64,000 nucleotides of DNA, taken from the IMG/VR virus record IMGVR_UViG_3300033074_001354, positions 1 through 64,000 of that record; one strand, 5' to 3'. This document shows positions 49,162 through 56,520 of this stretch, in pieces. Origin of the DNA: a virus. Its lineage: Duplodnaviria > Caudoviricetes. The notes under the pieces are model-generated. The model was not told the origin of the DNA. It was given only the letters and a program-made list of their open reading frames with translations, and ran no database searches. The position numbers and the translations under genes are program-made. Position 1 is the first letter of the stretch; each line of letters begins with the position of its first letter.

Positions 49162-49185
49162 ATAGAAACCTCAGTGTATGCTGCA
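49162..49185 (-). promoter_or_regulatory. Candidate phage promoter TGCA-N12-GTTTCTAT
   Basis: Exact motif; the ATG at 49154 follows 8 nt after it with no SD (leaderless-like). Confidence 0.7.
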
Positions 49186-49193
49186 GGTATAGA

Positions 49194-49616
49194 CTAGGTG
49201 ATCTTTGCACGGCCAGAGAATCCACAAGAAGACCAACGCTTTTGATGTCGATATTCGCCTTCTACTGACCTCAGATTCCCTATCATAACGTGACCTTCTG
49301 GATGTTTGTACCACGTCTTTCCTTTGCAACAGGGACAAGCATTTTTGATTTCCATGGCACCACAATTGTCGCATTTAGTTTTGGTATTATCAACAGATAT
49401 GCCATAGCCTTTGCCTGTTGATTCTATGTACCAGTGCTCTTTGGTTGGATCTATCTTACCGAGGTAATGGTTGCAAAATGGGCAGGTGTAATATGTTTCT
49501 TGCCAAGGACGCTTATCTTTGTTTGGTTTCTTTTTAGTCTTGCGATTTGAATCTTTGTTCTTCTTGGGATCGTACTTGGCTTTCGGTATACCCATTTTCT
49601 TATCTGCTTTTGTCAT
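49194..49616 (-). CDS. Cys-rich Zn-ribbon hypothetical protein
   Basis: CPFC, CDNC, CPCC. Confidence 0.6.
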   Translation of the reverse strand: MTKADKKMGIPKAKYDPKKNKDSNRKTKKKPNKDKRPWQETYYTCPFCNHYLGKIDPTKEHWYIESTGKGYGISVDNTKTKCDNCGAMEIKNACPCCKGKTWYKHPEGHVMIGNLRSVEGEYRHQKRWSSCGFSGRAKIT

Positions 49617-49915
49617 AACTTGATTAACTCATACTCCCAATTGCATGGACCAGGATGATCTTCATCAGAGTCTATAACAGCTTGAGCACGACAAGTTCTA
49701 CAGTATCTATGCAACTTGTAGTTCAAAGGAACTTTTTGATGATCATTCATACTGCCATACACAGAAGTATGAAGACAAGTCGGACAAATATGCATTTTCT
49801 TGCACTTGTCATTCTCATCTGGTATGTCAAACAAGAGAGCCCATTTTCCATCTCGCTCTTTGTGGCACCAGTGGCATATCGCCTTCGTTCCTTTAGACAT
49901 GCTTCTCCAATTCAT
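49613..49915 (-). CDS. Cys-rich hypothetical protein
   Basis: CHWC, CPTC, CRTC. Confidence 0.6.
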   Translation of the reverse strand: MNWRSMSKGTKAICHWCHKERDGKWALLFDIPDENDKCKKMHICPTCLHTSVYGSMNDHQKVPLNYKLHRYCRTCRAQAVIDSDEDHPGPCNWEYELIKL

Positions 49916-49986
49916 TCCCCATGGAGGACTCGAACCTCCGCTCCTAGATCCAAAATCTAGTGGCTTACCAACTTGTCGAATGGGGA
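49915..49986 (-). tRNA. tRNA-Gln(TTG)
   Basis: TCCCCAT/ATGGGGA acceptor, CTAGA-TTTTGGA-TCTAG anticodon arm, GGAGG-TTCGAGT-CCTCC T arm; no encoded CCA. Confidence 0.9.
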
Positions 49987-49993
49987 ATGTTAA

Positions 49994-50770
49994 TTACCAT
50001 CTCCCACGAATACCTGGGTACAAAGTCGTTACGACATCAGACTGAACGTATTCCTTTGTGTTGACATCCATCATCGTCAACTTTCCTTCCCAACCAGCGC
50101 CAGTGTCCAATGCCCAAACTTCACATGCATGGATTGGCTTCATGATGTCTTCAGGAATATAATCATTAGATATAATGCTATGTCCCCTATTAGCAAGATA
50201 CGTGGTAGTAGTATGCCCAATAAACACTTCACTGAACATTGTCAAATTCTTTGGTTTCAATTTCTGCTTATTAGCAATAGTCTGATTTTGAATTGCCCAG
50301 TTTATCATAGACCTATCCCAAAGAAATATCTCCAATGGTTGTCCTTCAAGTCTTTCTTTAGGATTGATGCCACCATGAACAAATAATCTATTAGTCTCTT
50401 CGTCATGAAACCAATAATTAGCATTCTTCAAGAATTGAACATGAGACGCAGGAACAGCTGCAGGGTTTTGTTCGAACTGCTGCCCATAAGATGTCAAAGT
50501 GCCCATGCCACCCTGATCTTTCCATATCCTACCTGGATCCTTACCCAACATCCAATCCAGAGCCCAATTATCATGGTTTCCAAATATGAATACGCAATTA
50601 TCGCCAAGACTAATTAAGTAATCTATTACTTTATCCACTTCTGGCCAACCGTCACAAACATCACCTAGCACAATTAGCTCATCATCTTTAGTAAATCCTG
50701 AGCGATCTATACACTGCATCAATCCTTTGAAGCAGCCATGTATATCTCCAACAACGAATTGTCTGCCCAT
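49994..50770 (-). CDS. Ser/Thr protein phosphatase-like metallophosphoesterase
   Basis: GDIHG, LGDVCDG, GNHD, FVHGG, IGHT, LDTGAG. Confidence 0.9.
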   Translation of the reverse strand: MGRQFVVGDIHGCFKGLMQCIDRSGFTKDDELIVLGDVCDGWPEVDKVIDYLISLGDNCVFIFGNHDNWALDWMLGKDPGRIWKDQGGMGTLTSYGQQFEQNPAAVPASHVQFLKNANYWFHDEETNRLFVHGGINPKERLEGQPLEIFLWDRSMINWAIQNQTIANKQKLKPKNLTMFSEVFIGHTTTTYLANRGHSIISNDYIPEDIMKPIHACEVWALDTGAGWEGKLTMMDVNTKEYVQSDVVTTLYPGIRGRW

Positions 50771-50824
50771 ATTATCCTGCCTTTAATTTGTACTTTCTAT
50801 ATTTACAGGTTATTCTCACTAGTA

Positions 50825-50899
50825 TGGGCATGGCAGGATTTGAACCTGCGATCTCCGGGTTATGAGCCCATCGCTTTAACCAGGCTAAGCTACATGCCC
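50825..50899 (-). tRNA. tRNA with CAT anticodon (Ile2 or elongator Met)
   Basis: GGGCATG/CATGCCC-A acceptor, loop CTCATAA, GCAGG-TTCAAAT-CCTGC. Confidence 0.9.
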
Positions 50900-50907
50900 A
50901 GGGCAAT

Positions 50908-50997
50908 TGGTGGGGCAGTGGGATTCGAACCTACTAGCCGTTAGGCACGAGTCAGTGCTAGCACTGCTCGACGTCTCACCAATTGCACCGTATGTCA
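50908..50997 (-). tRNA. Aberrant class II-like tRNA / pseudo-tRNA
   Basis: T arm GTAGG-TTCGAAT-CCCAC, encoded CCA, variable hairpin GCC-TAAC-GGC and AATTGG D loop, but a mismatched acceptor and an over-long anticodon stem. Confidence 0.5.
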
Positions 50998-51004
50998 ACA
51001 CTTC

Positions 51005-51028
51005 ATAGAAACCGTATGGTGTATTGCA
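51005..51028 (-). promoter_or_regulatory. Candidate phage promoter TGCA-N12-GTTTCTAT
   Basis: Exact motif between the sigma gene and the tRNA cluster. Confidence 0.7.
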
Positions 51029-51035
51029 TGTATGA

Positions 51036-51650
51036 TCAATATCTTGTGGGGGGCTTGTCATCCAGTATATCACGATTCCTGATCAAATCATCTCTCATCC
51101 TAGCAACTATTTCATCAAACAAAATCTGGGCACCTTTCCTGGTCATTCCTAATTCTTTGGCTATATCATTGATTTTGTCACCCTGGAGGAACAACTCAAT
51201 CATCTTCTTTTCGTTGCTTTTCAGCTGTGCTTTTTCAATAAAATACTGTATATCAAGCATACGTATGCTGTTAGCAAAAGAAGAGTCATGACATTGTTTT
51301 GCATCAAACCTGTCACTGACATCTGACTCTATGGCTTCATATTTTGTGTATTTGTAATGTGCCTTTAATTCTGCAATAGCATATGCTTTAACCCTAAACA
51401 ATATGTGAAGAGCGTCATCAAAAGCTCTAGCCGTAAGAAGAGCCTTATTAACTCCAAGAATGCAAGTCTGGTACATATCATTTGCATCAACCGCCTCATA
51501 CTCTGGACGACGTGTCTTAAATTTATTAATAACAGAAATTAAAATGGGATCTACAGCTGGAATAATTTCTTCTAACAACTTTGGATTATTGGTAGTTTGA
51601 TACTCTATGACCAATGACTTTATTTTATCTGCTGATAGATGAAATGACAT
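51036..51650 (-). CDS. Phage-encoded sigma70-family factor (regions 2 and 4)
   Basis: LVIEYQ...DMYQTCILGVNKAL (region 2-like); LKSNEKKMIELF...INDIAKELGMTRKGA (region 4 HTH). Confidence 0.7.
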   Translation of the reverse strand: MSFHLSADKIKSLVIEYQTTNNPKLLEEIIPAVDPILISVINKFKTRRPEYEAVDANDMYQTCILGVNKALLTARAFDDALHILFRVKAYAIAELKAHYKYTKYEAIESDVSDRFDAKQCHDSSFANSIRMLDIQYFIEKAQLKSNEKKMIELFLQGDKINDIAKELGMTRKGAQILFDEIVARMRDDLIRNRDILDDKPPTRY

Positions 51651-54600
51651 TATTGATTAGCCCTACGAATTATGCTGCTAAGATCTATACTGGACGTGTC
51701 ACCAATGATTTTCTTTCCTGTTCCATCTGTTGGAGACAGTAAGTCAAATGGATTCTTTGGTTGCTCCTGTCTCACTATAACATTCTTCATCACTTGCAAA
51801 ATAGTGCCAACATCTATTTGATTATCAGGCTCAGACAGACAGCACTCCACTGATCCACCAACGGCATCGCAATTATGTACGAATATACCAGCATCTAGCG
51901 CAAAATTTGAATATTTCTGAACTGTAAGATCAAACACCTCACAAGATGGCAACCTCTCAGTCTTAACCACCTTATGATTGTAATTTTTGTCTTCAGAAGG
52001 CTTTTTGCTCCTATTCTTTAATCTCTCAGTATGCCTTTTTCTAAACTCTGGGTCCTGCCATAGCTTCCTAATACTAGTTCTGCCATTCAACTTGTGCTTT
52101 TCCAGTAGTTCCTTTTTGAGTTCTATACTGGGCTCGGCAGCAAATTGCCCTAAACTATTTCTTTTTGTTATCTGTGACCTGTGAGTACCTTCCTTAATCT
52201 TTCTTCTGTTCTGCTCACGCAGTCTAACAGAATGCCTCGAAATAAATCCTGAATCATCCCATAAAGAAGACATTACTTTATGACCTAGTCTAGCATAGTG
52301 CCCATTTTCCTTTAGTTTCTGTATTTTCTTCTTAGACTTGTTGTATTGGGTGATGTTGTTTTTGCCAGTACGTTTACCAAGATTAGCGCTGCGCTCTTTA
52401 TGCCGTTTTCTGAACTCTGGATCTTTCCACATCCTATCCATATTGCTCTCGCCAAAACTATTGTGCAATAGTAAATGATCATCCCAGCCCATAATCTTTA
52501 AATTACATGATGCGTTGTTTAATTTATTAAAGTCAATATGATGTATCACTTTTCTAGTCTTCTTCTTTCCAGTATGTGTAAACCCTAATACTTCTCTAGC
52601 GACTAACGCATGAGTGTATTCATACTTATCAGTAGCATTTTGCTTTATAACGTGATATCCATTCATATTAAACCCAGAATCTTTACTAGAAACAGAAGTA
52701 TACAATGGCATCAAACTATCACCTGAAGAAAGATATTTAGCTTCTCTATATGATCCATCTCTAAGCATGAATCTATGATCCAAAGTACAATCAACAAATT
52801 TGCCATTGTCTAAATGTACTCTAACAATATCTTCTCTAATGCCATTGCTATGCACATTAGAAGCTTGCCCCACAGATATTGTTCCATCAGGCAAACAACT
52901 AAACACTTCAAACTCTTGACCAACAAGATCCTTTATAGCGACAGATTTTCCAGATAGCAAAATAATCTTTGTATCACCAGAAATACAAACGTCTTTTGAG
53001 CCAGCCATAGACACCTCTCTAGTGCCACCATCTTCAGTAAATTCTATCTCTAGCATTTTGACAGGGTGATCAACCTTTCCATCGCGGTGCTCTAAATACT
53101 TTGCTTCAATGTATAGAATCTGATGATGAAAACATTTCCATCTTTTTTCGTACACAAGATTACACCAGCTTATATATCCTTGATCAGTGCGATCCATTGA
53201 ACGATACTCTGTATCAATACCCTCTGCGCCTAATATCTGAAACGTGTCCTCTGATGCTAACTTCAAATCTGCAGAAAACTTGCGTATATTAAATCCCAGA
53301 TGTTTTAAATCAATAATAAACTTGCGCATCTTATAGATAGGAATAGCATCACCAGGCCTTGCTTTCAACCTAAGTATCCATTCAGTAGCAACAATTGGGA
53401 CTCTTTTCATCCCAGTTGTCTTATCTGGTAATATAACGTTACGTTCTTCCCAATCGGATACCAAAGAACATGCAAGAACCATAGCATCACCAGTAACACC
53501 AAAATCCATATGAATATATCTGGGCTTAGTCCTCTCAAACTTAACAGCACCCTGATCAAAAAACCACATAAGATCAATATCATCTTTAAGACCAATCTCT
53601 ATCGTATCCCTTTTGAAAAGATTTATCATCTCAGATGTCATACATTCTTTCACGAATATATCTGACTTAAACAACTTATTTCGGCGAGTGCCAGCAACGG
53701 AACGGCCAGCAATATCACGGCAAGCGTGAACTATATCCTGCTTAAAGTCTTCTTCATACTCTACAGGAACTTCTATTACCTCATACCCGTCTTTTTGCAA
53801 TTGTAGTATATTATCACCAGGCATCAAGATCATAGGATCACGAAACGCATCACCAGGTATGCCGACTTTAAACTTTTCTCCAGAGAAAAAGAATTTTGGC
53901 TTAGCATCCCACACTGGGATATCAAAAACCAAAGCAGTGCCTGAATTTTGTTTTTCAGCAACAAAAGTATTGATAAATGAAAGTTCATCTTGCTTAGAAG
54001 CCACAATTATCATTCGACCAAGACTCTTACCTTTAAGAACAACACGAGATTGGAATCGGCGATAAGTACTATCATACGCCTGAAGTACACGCAATTTCTG
54101 CTTAATAGAAACAGTAGGCGTATCAACTTCATCTAAAACTCCAGATAACACGTCGAGTCCTTGCGTTCCGAAGCCCTGTGACATAGGCGAAGATAGGACA
54201 AATTCTATTTCTGGCAATTGCACAGTCTGCTCCTTGCCATCAATAATACGCACCGCTATTTGCCTGAACCATGGAGATTTAAAAAGAAAAGATTGAAGAG
54301 TAAGATACCCTTTTGAACTGCCAAGATTTTTAGTGAGATTAAAGAAGGAAACCGATAAACGACCTGCAGAAAGTAGATTTAAATACTGCCTGGGATTTTT
54401 AAGGCACAAAATCCTATATATTACATAGCATAAAATGATGACAGCTATAGAAGACTTTCCTATTCCAATAGCTCCTGTTAGCACAACAAATATGTTGCTG
54501 TCATCATCAAATATCTTTACTAGCGCTCGTTTCCAAACATCATAGATACCTCTGCCATTTTCAGTCGACTTTCCTAAGTAATAATCATTAGTAATGAACT

Positions 54601-54703
54601 CAAGTATGTCGACAGGTTGCTCATTATAGTCGATTGCATATAATGCATCGCTATACGTTTTAAGATTGATTGGGCTGTTCTGTGCTCGACTCTTTTTGCT
54701 CAT
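51650..54703 (-). CDS. terL: Terminase large subunit with intein
   Basis: Walker A LTGAIGIGKS, Walker B GVLDEVD, nuclease YIHMDFG, KVDHP...GSKDV|CDAV. Confidence 0.88.
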   Translation of the reverse strand: MSKKSRAQNSPINLKTYSDALYAIDYNEQPVDILEFITNDYYLGKSTENGRGIYDVWKRALVKIFDDDSNIFVVLTGAIGIGKSSIAVIILCYVIYRILCLKNPRQYLNLLSAGRLSVSFFNLTKNLGSSKGYLTLQSFLFKSPWFRQIAVRIIDGKEQTVQLPEIEFVLSSPMSQGFGTQGLDVLSGVLDEVDTPTVSIKQKLRVLQAYDSTYRRFQSRVVLKGKSLGRMIIVASKQDELSFINTFVAEKQNSGTALVFDIPVWDAKPKFFFSGEKFKVGIPGDAFRDPMILMPGDNILQLQKDGYEVIEVPVEYEEDFKQDIVHACRDIAGRSVAGTRRNKLFKSDIFVKECMTSEMINLFKRDTIEIGLKDDIDLMWFFDQGAVKFERTKPRYIHMDFGVTGDAMVLACSLVSDWEERNVILPDKTTGMKRVPIVATEWILRLKARPGDAIPIYKMRKFIIDLKHLGFNIRKFSADLKLASEDTFQILGAEGIDTEYRSMDRTDQGYISWCNLVYEKRWKCFHHQILYIEAKYLEHRDGKVDHPVKMLEIEFTEDGGTREVSMAGSKDVCISGDTKIILLSGKSVAIKDLVGQEFEVFSCLPDGTISVGQASNVHSNGIREDIVRVHLDNGKFVDCTLDHRFMLRDGSYREAKYLSSGDSLMPLYTSVSSKDSGFNMNGYHVIKQNATDKYEYTHALVAREVLGFTHTGKKKTRKVIHHIDFNKLNNASCNLKIMGWDDHLLLHNSFGESNMDRMWKDPEFRKRHKERSANLGKRTGKNNITQYNKSKKKIQKLKENGHYARLGHKVMSSLWDDSGFISRHSVRLREQNRRKIKEGTHRSQITKRNSLGQFAAEPSIELKKELLEKHKLNGRTSIRKLWQDPEFRKRHTERLKNRSKKPSEDKNYNHKVVKTERLPSCEVFDLTVQKYSNFALDAGIFVHNCDAVGGSVECCLSEPDNQIDVGTILQVMKNVIVRQEQPKNPFDLLSPTDGTGKKIIGDTSSIDLSSIIRRANQ
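51872..52987 (-). mobile_element. Intein (372 aa) with HNH endonuclease
   Basis: Starts CISGDTKI, block B CTLDHRF, ends VFDLTV..YSNF...FVHN followed by Cys+1; internal YTHALVA...IHHIDFNKLNN. Confidence 0.92.
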
Positions 54704-55364
54704 TAGATTTTACTTGGTTCTCACCATTTATGAGTTTTTTTAATTGTCTGCGTAAGTCTTCACGCTCATGTGGCAACATATTCTTGGCTTCTACAACAAT
54801 AGGATCATTCTCAACAGCTTTTCCTCCATTGCCATTTATCACTAGCATCTGACGATTATCTTGAACTACTACGTCTGGCTTCTTATTGGTGTAGCCCATA
54901 CGCTCAGCAAACTCCAGCATGTTCTTATCTTCTTCTCTGAGAAATTCCATGAGATATATTTTCAGCCTCATCACATCATGCTGCTCTTTTACAATAACTT
55001 CTACATCTTCTTTGTTACACTTAAGGCACTTGTACCTCGGTCCATTAGAATCATCGCAAACAGGCTTCACGACAAATGTATGACACGCAGATACCAAAAC
55101 ACGCTCTGACCCATCAAGATACCGAAGCATATCATTTGCTTCCTGAGTTCTTTGCTGGTATCCAAATAGAGCTTGCTGCATCAATGTGTTAGAAATAAGC
55201 ACACTGACATCTCGTGATTCTTTACCACGGAATTTTCTTATATACTTTTGGACTAATTGGACGCTGAGGCCTGTCTCGGTCGCAACGGCAATGGCGTTGC
55301 CACGATTTTTAAGGTAGGAAAGTTTTACACGTTCTATCAGCTTGAGTTCTTCTAGACTTTGCAC
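54660..55364 (-). CDS. HTH/Zn protein, candidate terminase small subunit
   Basis: N-terminal HTH-like segment, CH..CLKC, directly upstream of terL. Confidence 0.45.
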   Translation of the reverse strand: MQSLEELKLIERVKLSYLKNRGNAIAVATETGLSVQLVQKYIRKFRGKESRDVSVLISNTLMQQALFGYQQRTQEANDMLRYLDGSERVLVSACHTFVVKPVCDDSNGPRYKCLKCNKEDVEVIVKEQHDVMRLKIYLMEFLREEDKNMLEFAERMGYTNKKPDVVVQDNRQMLVINGNGGKAVENDPIVVEAKNMLPHEREDLRRQLKKLINGENQVKSNEQKESSTEQPNQS

Positions 55365-55369
55365 TATGC

Positions 55370-55801
55370 CTAAATACCATCGAGATTTGGAGTAATATCA
55401 CCAATCTCTTCTCCATCTTCTGATAAAATGATACGAGCATCCATAGCGCCCATATATCTTATCCTATAAGATTTGTTATCAATAGGACTTGGAATTGTCA
55501 AATTCCAAGGAGTGCTGCCATCAAATAAAACTGCATCACCAATCTTAATAGGATTCTTTCTAAAGAACCCTTTTGTGTTATAGTACCCAGGGCCAGCAGC
55601 AATCACCAAGCCAACTGGTATCCTGGATAATTCTTTCGTCTGCACTGGCAAATACAAATCACCAAGTTTATCTTCTGGCAAATACTGCCATATGAATATC
55701 TTGTCACCAGTAGGAAGTACTTTTGTGACTATACTTGTTCCATTCCAAAAAGGGCAAGTATCAAACAGTCTTTGCTGCAGTTCTTTAAAATCCATTAACA
55801 C
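55370..55801 (-). CDS. GroES/Cpn10-like co-chaperonin
   Basis: VLPTGDKIFI...LYLP...GLVIAAGPG...IKIGDAVLF. Confidence 0.8.
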   Translation of the reverse strand: MLMDFKELQQRLFDTCPFWNGTSIVTKVLPTGDKIFIWQYLPEDKLGDLYLPVQTKELSRIPVGLVIAAGPGYYNTKGFFRKNPIKIGDAVLFDGSTPWNLTIPSPIDNKSYRIRYMGAMDARIILSEDGEEIGDITPNLDGI

Positions 55802-56255
55802 CCTCTTTTAATGTCATCTTGAACTGTTTTATATTATCCAATTCCATGAGCAATTCACATTCAACATGGTATAAGAACTCCCTATCCACTTGCATAGTTG
55901 CATCTTTTTTGATTGCATCAATCCTATCCATATAGAAATCAGTCCCATACTTCTCTACTAGCCATAGAACTGCACCTATTGGATCTACATGCCACCAACG
56001 AAAATGATGATAATAACAGAGGCACTTAATATTGGAGGGATCGAACTCGACGGTTTTGTAATGACCTACTGGAAGGATATGAGAGCAATGAACGCCTTTG
56101 CCCCCCTTGGTGCAACCACGGAACTGGCATTCACTGCTGTCCCGAAACTTTACTATCTCCTTGACATACCTGCTTAGCCTCCGCTTGATTTTGCGGATTG
56201 GCTCCAACTTTTCCTTTTTGACTCTTTTCTTTGAACCTCTTCGCATACAACTCAA
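55785..56255 (-). CDS. NinG/Rap-like HNH-type endonuclease
   Basis: VKFRD..CQ..GC...HCSHI...EFDPSNIKCLC..HH. Confidence 0.7.
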   Translation of the reverse strand: MSCMRRGSKKRVKKEKLEPIRKIKRRLSRYVKEIVKFRDSSECQFRGCTKGGKGVHCSHILPVGHYKTVEFDPSNIKCLCYYHHFRWWHVDPIGAVLWLVEKYGTDFYMDRIDAIKKDATMQVDREFLYHVECELLMELDNIKQFKMTLKEGVNGF

Positions 56256-56520
56256 TCTCTTTTAGCCAGCGCTGATTTGGATTGCCAAGCTCATTATACT
56301 TGTGCAAAGCCCTACAAACACACAATGCATTATCCAATATTATAAATGCAGAAACATTGAACGCCGAAGAGCACTGCATCAATTGCAGACCAAAATCGTG
56401 AATGCCAACTTTAGATTCAAATTCCATCTGTATCTTGAGAACTATCTTATTATACTCCGTTGATTGGTCATCATCTATATCATGTTTTGAAATGAACTCT
56501 TGCATCTCTATGCTGGTCAT
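56131..56520 (-). CDS. Hypothetical protein
   Basis: ATGA-coupled to the SbcDC fusion gene. Confidence 0.55.
   Translation of the reverse strand: MTSIEMQEFISKHDIDDDQSTEYNKIVLKIQMEFESKVGIHDFGLQLMQCSSAFNVSAFIILDNALCVCRALHKYNELGNPNQRWLKEIELYAKRFKEKSQKGKVGANPQNQAEAKQVCQGDSKVSGQQ

Noticed and set aside
50885-51073. 62-aa minus-strand ORF
   Set aside because: It overlaps the tRNA-like element, the promoter motif and the end of the sigma gene.
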